Assembly (NCBI GenBank): GCA_016935175.1
Contig: JAFGRK010000019.1
Coordinates: 6,037-70,036, forward strand
Reading direction: 5' to 3'
Source of the DNA: Candidatus Woesearchaeota archaeon
Lineage (GTDB): Archaea; Nanobdellota; Nanobdellia; Woesearchaeales; SM23-78
Length of the DNA stretch: 64,000 nucleotides
Shown here: one piece after another, positions 17,816 through 26,373 of the stretch
How positions within the stretch are numbered: position 1 is the stretch's first letter
How the letters are laid out: every line of letters begins with the position of its first letter
Program-made: the position numbers and the translations under genes
Notes under the pieces: generated by a model
Told to the model about the DNA's origin: nothing
What the model saw: only the letters and a program-made list of their open reading frames with translations
Database searches by the model: none

Positions 17816-18559
17816 ATGAGGACAGTCTATATTTTATGGCTTAGGCAGATAAAAAGGTATTTTCGCTCTAAGTCCAGGATAATCGGCTCACTAGGCCAGC
17901 CATTGCTGTTCCTCGTGGCGCTGGGCTTTGGGTTTGGCCCAATATATGCGAAAGCAGGAGGAGGGGATTACATCCAGTTCCTTACGCCAGGCATCATTGC
18001 CATGAGCACACTGTTCACATCCACATTCATGGGCATTGAGCTGATATGGGATAAGGAGTTCGGATTCTTAAAAGAGACCTTGGTAGCCCCTGTGTCCAGG
18101 CTCAAGATAATGATGGGCAGGACTCTTGGAGGTGCGACAGTTGCAGTATTGCAAGGGCTCATAGTGCTATTGATATCATTGCCTATAGGGTTCAGCCCTA
18201 ACTGGGTTGCCTTGCCATTAGCCATATTATTCCTTATAATGATAGCAGTGATATTTACAGCATTTGGCACTGCAATAGCCACAAAAATGGAGGATATGCA
18301 CGGGTTCCAGCTAATTGTGAACTTCCTTCTCATGCCTTTGTTCTTTCTCTCAGGAGCAATATTCCCAATCAATGGGGCTCCTGCAGCCATAAAGGCAATA
18401 GTGCTGATTAATCCCTTGACTTATGGTGTTAGGGGGCTTAGGGCTGCGCTTACAGGCACAGTTGATATCAGCTCATTAGGCAACCTCGGAATCATGGTAG
18501 GGATAGCTTTATTGTTCGTGGCAATAGGGAGCTACTTATTCTCTAAAGTAGAGATATGA
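17816..18559 (+). CDS. ABC-2 type transporter permease
   Basis: It is a six-TM protein starting 4 nt after the ATPase gene, with typical ABC-2 topology. Confidence 0.85.
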   Translation: MRTVYILWLRQIKRYFRSKSRIIGSLGQPLLFLVALGFGFGPIYAKAGGGDYIQFLTPGIIAMSTLFTSTFMGIELIWDKEFGFLKETLVAPVSRLKIMMGRTLGGATVAVLQGLIVLLISLPIGFSPNWVALPLAILFLIMIAVIFTAFGTAIATKMEDMHGFQLIVNFLLMPLFFLSGAIFPINGAPAAIKAIVLINPLTYGVRGLRAALTGTVDISSLGNLGIMVGIALLFVAIGSYLFSKVEI

Positions 18560-18620
18560 ATAAGAAAATATGAATAAAAAAATCGTGTGCATAATATAAA
18601 ACTAAAGAAAAAAAAGCAGC

Positions 18621-19679
18621 TCAGACCTTAACCCTTAACCTCTTCACGTGCGGGCTTGCCTGCCAGAGCTTCTTCTTGTTCTTCATGCCAGCTCTCACAA
18701 CTGCTCCCCTGCTCTTAAGGTCTCTTATCCTAGAAGCTGCCACATTCTCAGAAACATTGAACTCCTTGGCAAGGTCTCCGACTGTCTTTGAGCCTGTCAT
18801 CAGGAATATTAGCCAGTCCTGCTCTTCCTTGCTAAACCTCTTTTCAAAGGCTTCAAGCCTCTTTTTCTTATCCTCCTTCTCAAGATAGACATAGGCATTG
18901 ACATTGACCTTGTGAGTCTCAAGAATCTCTTTTGCACCCCAATAAGTTACCATGTAGGTTCTATTCAGGAGAATGGGATTATTGTCCTTGAATTTCCTAT
19001 AATGAAAGTCAAAAAGCATGTCAGCGTATTCAAGCAGGCGCCTTGGGTTCCCATCTGCGCAAGCCACCAGCAGGTTTAAGGCTTCATTGTGCAGCTTGTT
19101 ATAGTAGTTAATTCCTTTTTTCCTGTGCTCCAGCCTTGCCTTGAGTATCTCTTTCATCTCCTCATCATCAAGAGTAGGAAGCTCTATTGTCCTGTTGCCT
19201 AGCCTTTCCTTGAAAGCAGGTGTCACGTTCTTGAGGTATTTGCTGATCTGGGCTATGATTATGCTCTTAATCCTTTTCTCGTTAGTGTTCTCCCATTTCG
19301 CCCTTGCCTCAAGTATGAGGTTCTTGTCAGTTGCCTGGAACTCATCTATTATCAGGACAGGGGTCTTGGAAGGGTATTCCCTGAAGGTTATCCTATCAAA
19401 GAAGTTCTTCTTGTTCTTGAGCTCTTCCTCAAGATTAAAGCTTTTTGGCAGCTCCTGGGCATCCAGGTAGACAAATGTGTGGTTCTTGAGGTTCTGTTGC
19501 ACCCTTAAAAGCAATGATGACTTGCCAGAGCCTGTCAAGCCGTTCAGAAAGCAAATCTCTCCCTTGAGGATGTGGTTGACCAGCTGCTCTTCCTGCCTTT
19601 CCAGCCCTACGAGCAGCGGATTGGGCCTCATATCCAACGGGTTCTCTTTAAAGCCAAGCTGCTCAAACCAGGTGGCCAT
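18621..19679 (-). CDS. AAA+ P-loop ATPase with C-terminal winged-helix (Orc1/Cdc6-like or ExeA-like; unresolved)
   Basis: It has Walker A GLTGSGKSS, Walker B LIIDEFQ, a sensor-2-like GNPRRLLEYADML and a C-terminal HTH (VGDLAKEFNVSENVAASRIRDLKSRG). Confidence 0.6.
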   Translation of the reverse strand: MATWFEQLGFKENPLDMRPNPLLVGLERQEEQLVNHILKGEICFLNGLTGSGKSSLLLRVQQNLKNHTFVYLDAQELPKSFNLEEELKNKKNFFDRITFREYPSKTPVLIIDEFQATDKNLILEARAKWENTNEKRIKSIIIAQISKYLKNVTPAFKERLGNRTIELPTLDDEEMKEILKARLEHRKKGINYYNKLHNEALNLLVACADGNPRRLLEYADMLFDFHYRKFKDNNPILLNRTYMVTYWGAKEILETHKVNVNAYVYLEKEDKKKRLEAFEKRFSKEEQDWLIFLMTGSKTVGDLAKEFNVSENVAASRIRDLKSRGAVVRAGMKNKKKLWQASPHVKRLRVKV

Positions 19680-19743
19680 AATGCTTCTATTGGAAGGGTA
19701 TTATATAAATCTTACTCAAAGATGGGTTGGGTAAAATCTCTTG

Positions 19744-19893
19744 AAAAGTGCTCTACTCGGCACCCCGTGGGGGCCGACCCCCGCCTCGCCACGCCATGCC
19801 AAGCCTTAACAGGCGTTGGCAAAGGTGGCGGTGCTCAGAGGCAAAGCCTCTGGCACCACAAAAGCAATGCTTTTGGCGGTGACGAGCACTTTT
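19744..19893 (+). ncRNA. Candidate structured RNA, copy 2 of the family (see 2021..2131)
   Basis: This is a GC-rich island in an AT-rich spacer. Its closing stem pairs AAAAGTGCTC with GAGCACTTTT. Internal helices are shared with copy 1 and carry compensatory changes. A palindromic TATA (TTATATAA, 19701-19708) lies ~35 nt upstream. Confidence 0.45.
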
Positions 19894-20006
19894 AAAGTAT
19901 ACGCCTCAAAAGTAGTCTATTAGCAAAAACTTTATATATTCAAAGCGATTTAGCAGGAGTATAAGTTTGCATGAATATCTCATGGTAATGTAGAGGAGGG
20001 ATTATT

Positions 20007-20270
20007 ATGGCTGAGGAAGACAAGAAATTTTCAAAGCAGCTGATTGGCAAGACTGTTGTTTCTAAGACAGGCAAGAGGTTCGGGGAAGTAGGCGATATTG
20101 TGTTTGAGACAGGCAGTGGAGAGCTCATCCACATGGTACTTAAGAACCCTACTAGCTACACAGAAAGGCTCGAGCTTGAGAGAAGCAAGGAAGGAGAGCT
20201 ATTGATACCTTTCAGCGCAGTCATCGCAGTAGGAGACTTCATGGTTGTGGCTGAAGAGGATATAGTATAA
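20007..20270 (+). CDS. PRC-barrel domain protein
   Basis: It has the LIGKTVVSKTGKRFGEVGDIVFE...IPFSAV pattern. An SD GGAGGG is present, and a TATA lies at ~19931-19940. Confidence 0.75.
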   Translation: MAEEDKKFSKQLIGKTVVSKTGKRFGEVGDIVFETGSGELIHMVLKNPTSYTERLELERSKEGELLIPFSAVIAVGDFMVVAEEDIV

Positions 20271-20369
20271 GCATACAGCCAAACTCTTTAAATTTTTCAT
20301 TTTTATCTCAATCTTGTTCTGTAACAGCTTAATTTAAAAAATAAAGCAGATTACTTTTAGAAAAACACG

Positions 20370-20780
20370 ATGGAAAAGAGAGTGAAAAAGAAGGAAAAAG
20401 GGCTGAGCCTAGAGCAATGCATAAGAAGAGCTGAAGAATATGTTGCAGACTTAGGTGTATGCGTCCTAGCAATGGATGTGAAAGGCTCTGCAACACACCT
20501 TGAAGAGGAAGGGAACCGATATACAAAGAGGCTGGCCAGAATGGTGTCAGATTTGAACCACGTGTTTGAGAAATACCTTCCTTTCAGCAAGATTATAGCG
20601 GGAAATGAAGAAAGAGGATTTAAGATAATCAGGGGAGATCAAGTGATTGGCGCCATAAACTATGCGGGAGCTATTAAGAAGATTTATGATTATCAAAAGG
20701 AGCATTACCCTGACATTGATTTATACTGGACAGTGGCCAAAGACGGCTGGGATGAAAAAGCTTTTAGGGAAGTTGATTAA
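20370..20780 (+). CDS. Hypothetical protein (possible nucleotide-cyclase-fold / SatD-like)
   Basis: VLAMDVKGS and FKIIRGDQVIG resemble the two metal/strand motifs of cyclase-fold SatD-like proteins. This is a weak call from memory only. Confidence 0.35.
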   Translation: MEKRVKKKEKGLSLEQCIRRAEEYVADLGVCVLAMDVKGSATHLEEEGNRYTKRLARMVSDLNHVFEKYLPFSKIIAGNEERGFKIIRGDQVIGAINYAGAIKKIYDYQKEHYPDIDLYWTVAKDGWDEKAFREVD

Positions 20781-20818
20781 AATAATCTAAAATATGCTTA
20801 TTGTAAGCTAAAAAAAAG

Positions 20819-23197
20819 GTGAAAACGATGAATGAGCGCATAAAAAAATTAAGGCAGCAAAGCCTTGAGGCAAAGCCTCATATTGACCTTGAAAGGGCTG
20901 TGCTTATGACAGATTTCTATGAGAACCATAACAACCAAACCTTGTCTGCCCCTGTAAAAAGGGCCCTTGCCTTCAAGTATGTGCTTGACAACAAGGCAAT
21001 CTGCATAAATGAGGACGATCTGATAGTTGGAGAAAGGGGCTCTGCACCCAAAGCGACCCCAACTTATCCTGAGCTAACAACTCACACTGTGCAAGATTTT
21101 GAGATTCTTAACTCAAGGGAAAAAATACCGTTTGCAGTGAGTGAGGAAACAAAGAAAATACAATTAGAGAAGATTATTCCCTTTTGGCAAGGCCAAAGCA
21201 TGAGAGACAAGATATTCAATGAGATGGGACAGGACTGGAAAAATGCTTATGAGGCAGGCATATTCACAGAGTTCATGGAGCAGCGAGCACCAGGGCATAC
21301 TGTGCTTGACGATAAGATCTACAAGAAAGGCATGCTTGATTTCAAAGAGGATATAGCAAAGAGCCTGAGCAGACTAGATTTTGAAAAAGACCCTGATGCT
21401 TACAAGAAAAAAGAAGAGCTAAAAGCAATGGCTATAGCTGCAGATGCAGTTATTAGCTATGCAGCAAGGCATGCAGAGAAGGCAAAGGAATTGCTACAAT
21501 CAGAGCAGAAGCCCAAGAGAAGGCAAGAGCTTGAAAAGATAATAGAGACTGCCACTAATGTGCCTGCCCATGCACCGAGGGATTTCCAAGAGGCTCTCCA
21601 GTATTATTGGTTTGTGCACCTGGGTGTCATTACTGAGCTTAACACCTGGGACTCATTCAACCCTGGCAGATTAGACCAACACCTTTATCCTTTTTACAAG
21701 AAAGGATTAGAAGATGGCACCTTGACCAAGGACAATGCCAAGGAGCTGCTCCAGGCTTTCTGGGTGAAGTTCAACAACCAGCCAGCCCCTCCAAAAGTAG
21801 GGGTTACTGCTGAGGAGAGCGGCACCTACACTGACTTTTGCCTGATAAATACCGGAGGAGTAAAGGCTGATGGCAGTGATGCAGTGAACGAACTATCGTA
21901 CATGATACTCGATGTTATACAGGAGATGAGGCTGCTCCAGCCTAGCTCAATGGTGCAGATAAGCAAGAAAACCCCTCAAAACTTTCTTATGCGAGCACTG
22001 GATATTGTGAAGACAGGCTATGGCCAGCCTTCCATATTCAACACTGACGAACTAGTGCAGGAGATGCTGCGCGTAGGAAAAAAACCAGAAGATGCAAGAA
22101 ACGGCGGCTCCAGCGGCTGCGTGGAGACTGGGGCATTTGGCAAGGAAGCCTACATCCTGACTGGCTACTTTAACCTGCCTAAGATTCTTGAGATAACCCT
22201 TAACAACGGAATTGACCCTAACACTAGAAAAAAGATTGGCATTGAGACAGGCAACCCCGAGAAGTTCAAGAGCTTTGACGAGCTTTTGCAAGCCTACACT
22301 TATCAGATAAGGCATTTTACAGATATAAAGATTAAAGGAAGCAACATCATTGAGAAGCTTTTCGCAGATTACATGCCAACGCCAATGATGTCCTTGCTCA
22401 TTGATGATTGCATAGCCACTGGCAAGGATTACCATGCAGGAGGAGCCAGGTACAACACATCATATATCCAAGGGGTAGGGATTGGCAGCGCAACAGACTC
22501 ATTATCCTCAATAAAGTACAATGTATTTGATGAGGCAACCAAGACTTTGAGCATGCAAGAGATGATGAATGCCCTAAAGGCTAATTTCAGGGATAATGAG
22601 CAGGTACGGGAGCAATTCATCAACAAGACACCAAAATACGGCAATGATGATGACTATGCCGATAACATGATGCGCCAGTTGTTTGAAGCCTATTTCAGTG
22701 CAGTTGATGGCAGGCCTAACACTAGGGGAGGCAACTATCGCATCAATCTCTTGCCTACGACTGTGCATGTGTATTTCGGAAAGGTGACTGGAGCGCTTCC
22801 TGATGGCAGGAAGGCTTATGAGCCCTTGTCAGAAGGAGTGTCACCTGTGCAAGGAGCAGACAGGAAAGGCCCTACTGCGGTGCTTAAGTCAGTTGCCAAG
22901 ATGGACCATGTGCGCACAGGAGGAACCCTGCTCAACCAGAAATTCACACCTAGTATGCTGAGCGACCAGGCTGGCGTGAAAGGGCTTGCAGCCCTGGTAA
23001 GAGGTTACTTTGCCATGGACGGCCACCACATCCAGTTCAATGTGGTGGATGCAGACACCCTAAGGGATGCCAAGGCGCACCCTGAGCAGCACAGGGACTT
23101 GATAGTGAGGGTGGCTGGCTACAGTGATTATTTCTGCGACCTGGGCGAGAAGCTGCAGGACGAGATAATCAAGAGGACAGAGCACAGGGAATACTAA
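20819..23197 (+). CDS. Glycyl-radical enzyme, PFL2/glycerol-dehydratase-like family
   Basis: It has the C-terminal glycyl-radical motif LIVRVAGYSDYF and a single active-site Cys in the SSGCVETG context (GCVE type rather than the PFL CC type). Confidence 0.9.
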   Translation: MKTMNERIKKLRQQSLEAKPHIDLERAVLMTDFYENHNNQTLSAPVKRALAFKYVLDNKAICINEDDLIVGERGSAPKATPTYPELTTHTVQDFEILNSREKIPFAVSEETKKIQLEKIIPFWQGQSMRDKIFNEMGQDWKNAYEAGIFTEFMEQRAPGHTVLDDKIYKKGMLDFKEDIAKSLSRLDFEKDPDAYKKKEELKAMAIAADAVISYAARHAEKAKELLQSEQKPKRRQELEKIIETATNVPAHAPRDFQEALQYYWFVHLGVITELNTWDSFNPGRLDQHLYPFYKKGLEDGTLTKDNAKELLQAFWVKFNNQPAPPKVGVTAEESGTYTDFCLINTGGVKADGSDAVNELSYMILDVIQEMRLLQPSSMVQISKKTPQNFLMRALDIVKTGYGQPSIFNTDELVQEMLRVGKKPEDARNGGSSGCVETGAFGKEAYILTGYFNLPKILEITLNNGIDPNTRKKIGIETGNPEKFKSFDELLQAYTYQIRHFTDIKIKGSNIIEKLFADYMPTPMMSLLIDDCIATGKDYHAGGARYNTSYIQGVGIGSATDSLSSIKYNVFDEATKTLSMQEMMNALKANFRDNEQVREQFINKTPKYGNDDDYADNMMRQLFEAYFSAVDGRPNTRGGNYRINLLPTTVHVYFGKVTGALPDGRKAYEPLSEGVSPVQGADRKGPTAVLKSVAKMDHVRTGGTLLNQKFTPSMLSDQAGVKGLAALVRGYFAMDGHHIQFNVVDADTLRDAKAHPEQHRDLIVRVAGYSDYFCDLGEKLQDEIIKRTEHREY

Positions 23198-23265
23198 CCA
23201 AAGAATATAGAATATTTTAATCAGCACAACTTATTTAAACCATAGATTATTCTTGATTTTCTTAC

Positions 23266-24231
23266 ATGGAGCCAGAGGATTTTGCCATTTGGACTGAGAA
23301 GTACAGGCCTCAGGACTTTGATGAGGTCAAAGGGCAGGATGAAATTGTCAAGAGGGTAGAGGCTTTTGTGAAGAAGAAAAACATGCCTCATCTGTTGTTT
23401 GCTGGGCCTGCCGGCGTTGGCAAGACCACTCTTTCTCTTGTGATTGCAAAAAAGCTTTTTGGCAGCAGGTGGCATGAGAACTTTCTTGAGCTGAATGCCA
23501 GTGATGAAAGAGGAATAGACGTGATAAGGGTCAAGGTCAAGGACTTTGCAAGGACCAGGGCTATTGGTGATTTTCCTTTCAAGATCATTTATCTTGACGA
23601 GTGCGACGCCCTTACCAAGGATGCCCAGCAGGCTCTCAGGAGGACTATGGAGAACTATACCCAGACCTGTAGATTCATACTAAGCTGCAATTATTCCTCA
23701 AAAATCATCGATCCTATACAGTCAAGGTGCAGTGTGTTCAGGTTCAAGCCTCTTCCTAAAGAGGACATTCACAAAATAATTGAGAAAATTGCCAAGCACG
23801 AGAGCCTGCATATAGATGCCAAGGCAAAAGAGGCTCTGTACGAGATTAGTGAGGGTGACTGCAGGAAGCTGGAGAACATCATGCAGAGCAGCGCAGCAAT
23901 AAAGGACAAGATAACAGAGGATGTCATCTACAGTGTTGCAAGCGCTGCAGAGCCTAAGGAGATAAATGATATGCTGGAACTATGCATCAAGGGCTCCTTC
24001 CTGAATGCCAAGGACAAGCTGCTTGAGACCATGCTCAACCATGGCCTTGCCGGCCTGGATGTGATTAAGCAGGTGCAGCAGCAGATATGGAAGATTGAGA
24101 AGCTTGATAACAGGAAAAAGCTTGAGATGATCAAGGAGTGTGGAGAAGCAGAATTCAGGATGGTAGAGGGAAGCGATGAGTTCATCCAGCTAGAGGCCTT
24201 GCTGGCCAAGTTTGTTCTTATTAACAGCTAA
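23266..24231 (+). CDS. rfcS: Replication factor C small subunit
   Basis: It has W.EKYRP, Walker A GPAGVGKTT, the DEAD-like LDECDALT, the SRC motif (SRC at IQSRCSVF) and RFC box VII/VIII. Confidence 0.92.
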   Translation: MEPEDFAIWTEKYRPQDFDEVKGQDEIVKRVEAFVKKKNMPHLLFAGPAGVGKTTLSLVIAKKLFGSRWHENFLELNASDERGIDVIRVKVKDFARTRAIGDFPFKIIYLDECDALTKDAQQALRRTMENYTQTCRFILSCNYSSKIIDPIQSRCSVFRFKPLPKEDIHKIIEKIAKHESLHIDAKAKEALYEISEGDCRKLENIMQSSAAIKDKITEDVIYSVASAAEPKEINDMLELCIKGSFLNAKDKLLETMLNHGLAGLDVIKQVQQQIWKIEKLDNRKKLEMIKECGEAEFRMVEGSDEFIQLEALLAKFVLINS

Positions 24232-24299
24232 AAAAAAGTTTTGGCTTGGAATGATTTAGAATAATAATTCTGGCTGAGTACAGGTTGCAAGAACTGTTC

Positions 24300-24668
24300 T
24301 TATCTCAAGTACCATGGCTGGGCATAATTATTAGTATAGGTTTGAGGTGTGTAAGAGAATGCGAAACCCCTATAATCATTAGGGCAGCCAAACCAAGAGG
24401 TACAGCTGGTTCTAAATGAAAAGGATTTTCCTGAGTAAGGTGAAGCATAAGGATTATAGCTGTTATAGCCGTAGTTGTAGTTGAAAACTGATGGTTCAGG
24501 ATAGGATGGGTGATTATGTATATATACTAGGTATTCATTGCCAAAGAACCTGGCTGTTGAGAAAAGCCCGAGAAAAACAATGGTAACAAATAGGGCTAGC
24601 CATTGGGCTTGCTGCCTAGCTGGATTACCGACAAGTTTGCGGTTTATCATATTCTTTGCCAAATTCAT
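24300..24668 (-). CDS. Small membrane-anchored Tyr/Asn/Pro/Ser-rich protein
   Basis: It has one hydrophobic helix (WLALFVTIVFLGLF) and then a low-complexity tail (YNYGYNSYNPYASPYSG). The start lies within an 18-nt tandem duplication, so it could be ATG 24668 or ATG 24650. Confidence 0.5.
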   Translation of the reverse strand: MNLAKNMINRKLVGNPARQQAQWLALFVTIVFLGLFSTARFFGNEYLVYIHNHPSYPEPSVFNYNYGYNSYNPYASPYSGKSFSFRTSCTSWFGCPNDYRGFAFSYTPQTYTNNYAQPWYLR

Positions 24669-24683
24669 ATTCTTTGCCAAATC
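24648..24683. repeat. 18-nt tandem duplication (CATATTCTTTGCCAAATT/C x2) spanning the start of the 24300 gene
   Basis: Read directly from the sequence. It creates the duplicated N-terminal peptide (A)KNM-NLAKNM. Confidence 0.8.
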
Positions 24684-24717
24684 AAATTAAAAAAATAATT
24701 TAGAGCCAGGTTAATGC

Positions 24718-25113
24718 TTACAAGATGCCCCTGTAGCCGTAGTTGTAGCTTGGGTACCTGTAACTGGAGCTGTATGAGCTTCCCCCATAGTAGCTGCCTG
24801 TGTAGCTGCCTGTGTATCCCCAAGTTCCGCATGAGCCGCAAGATGACACATAGTAAGTGGGTGGCCTTGTGCTTAAGCAGGGCTGCTGGTAATAGTTAGC
24901 CCTTAAGGGTGTTGAGACGTAGCTTAGGCTTTGCCCGAACCATCCTCCTATCCTTGCTGGCTGCTGGTAGCTATAGGTTGTTGCGCAGTTTCCTGTCCAT
25001 CCGCAGCCATAACCATAGCTTGAGTAGCTAGAGGTATATGCTGAAGCCAGGCTAGTGCCCATCAAGACTCCTAGAACTACTAAGCCAAAAAATAGTGCTT
25101 TTTTGTTCTTCAT
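24718..25113 (-). CDS. Small secreted Tyr/Ser/Gly-rich, Cys-containing protein
   Basis: It has a Sec-type signal (MKNKKALFFGLVVLGVLMGTSLASA) and an SD GGAGGG ~10 nt upstream. The mature part has about 21 Tyr in ~106 residues by hand count. Confidence 0.6.
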   Translation of the reverse strand: MKNKKALFFGLVVLGVLMGTSLASAYTSSYSSYGYGCGWTGNCATTYSYQQPARIGGWFGQSLSYVSTPLRANYYQQPCLSTRPPTYYVSSCGSCGTWGYTGSYTGSYYGGSSYSSSYRYPSYNYGYRGIL

Positions 25114-25267
25114 TTTCCTTATCCCTCCAAAATTTAGTCTAAGACTAATTTGCTAATACTAATTAAAGTTAAAGTATTAGTACCGATTAGTAAATACAGC
25201 CAATTTATAAAGATTTCGCTCTTAACCACGCAATAGTGGTAAAGATGTTTTCTGAAGGAAACCGGTG

Positions 25268-26308
25268 CTAGATATAACCCTGGATTAGAAGAGGCACTTC
25301 CAAGAACTCAGCATACCTATACCTAAGTTTAATGTTAATCATGTCCTCATACACCCTTATGGTTGATGGTGAAGTCTTAGTGACAAAGCAGCTAAGCGTG
25401 ACAGGAGAGCCTCCGTACATCCTTAAAATGCCTGAAGAGCCGCCCGTGAACCCGAGACCAGAGGTAGAAGAGGTTTGGGTTGCGAACCTAGGGCAGTTTA
25501 TCTCATAATCCCCTTCCTGGGCAGGGGTGAGAGAGACCTCAATCCTATAAGCATCAGGATTCCTCTCAGTAGGATCACATGCTGATAAAAGGTTGCTGGT
25601 CTCTGAAGGCCTGAGAAAAAAAATCCCTCCACCAACATTCTCAATCAAGATGTTAAGCCTGATTGTATTATCGCTAGCCAGGTCTTCCCAGACGCCAGTT
25701 ATCTGGATGGGCGCGCCGCTGGTGCCTAAGGGCTTATAGCCTCTTATCTCGCAAATGGTTGCATCTACAGAGCTCTCAATCAAGTCATTTTTCATGCAGA
25801 ACTTGACATTGGCCTTGGTCTCATAGTCATAGCATACTTCGGTCCTGATGTTAAGAGCCAGATTATCTGCAACATCTGGCTTGTAAGCAAGGTTGTCGAA
25901 TGAGATGTAGGCTATCTCCCCGGGTATCATTGAGCCATCATAATTTCTCATGGCTGACTGCAAAGGCTCTTGCAGGGTCTTGGCAGCAGTCTCGGGCGTC
26001 AAGCCAAAATTGCTATGCATAATCCCGACAAGCCTTACCAGCACAAAAGGATTATCAGTGCCTGGCCCAACATCCATTTCGCCAGCATTCTCCAAAGAGA
26101 CAACAAAAGAGAAAGGAGTTATGCCCCTATCCTGGACTACTGAAGGAGGAGCTCCTGGAAGCACAGTCACCCTTAAGCCTTCATTCCCACCTAGAAAACC
26201 CTCTAGCCGCATGAACACAGGCTTGCCAGAAGAGCAAGCAGGCATGAGCAATAGGCTGCAAAATAATCCGAAAGCTAGGATTGATGGAAGAAAAGACTTA
26301 TTGAGCAT
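25268..26308 (-). CDS. Lipobox-signal secreted protein, surface-cluster paralogue F
   Basis: It has a signal plus LLMPAC lipobox-like site, shares conserved blocks with 26374..27360, and has an SD AGAGGT upstream. Confidence 0.65.
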   Translation of the reverse strand: MLNKSFLPSILAFGLFCSLLLMPACSSGKPVFMRLEGFLGGNEGLRVTVLPGAPPSVVQDRGITPFSFVVSLENAGEMDVGPGTDNPFVLVRLVGIMHSNFGLTPETAAKTLQEPLQSAMRNYDGSMIPGEIAYISFDNLAYKPDVADNLALNIRTEVCYDYETKANVKFCMKNDLIESSVDATICEIRGYKPLGTSGAPIQITGVWEDLASDNTIRLNILIENVGGGIFFLRPSETSNLLSACDPTERNPDAYRIEVSLTPAQEGDYEINCPRFATQTSSTSGLGFTGGSSGILRMYGGSPVTLSCFVTKTSPSTIRVYEDMINIKLRYRYAEFLEVPLLIQGYI

Positions 26309-26373
26309 TTATTAACCTCTTTAAAAAAATTAAAAACAAAAATAAAAAAACAAAAATGTATTGAGCGATTCTC

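Noticed and set aside
19572-19895. 107-aa + ORF
   Set aside because: It starts inside the antisense of the AAA+ gene and is kept open only by the GC-rich RNA candidate at 19744-19893.
19680-20006. Replication origin next to an Orc1/Cdc6-like AAA+ gene
   Set aside because: I found no ORB or mini-ORB-like repeated boxes flanking an AT-rich unwinding element. The AAA+ protein is short and could equally be ExeA-like. The spacer is better explained by two promoters plus the RNA candidate.
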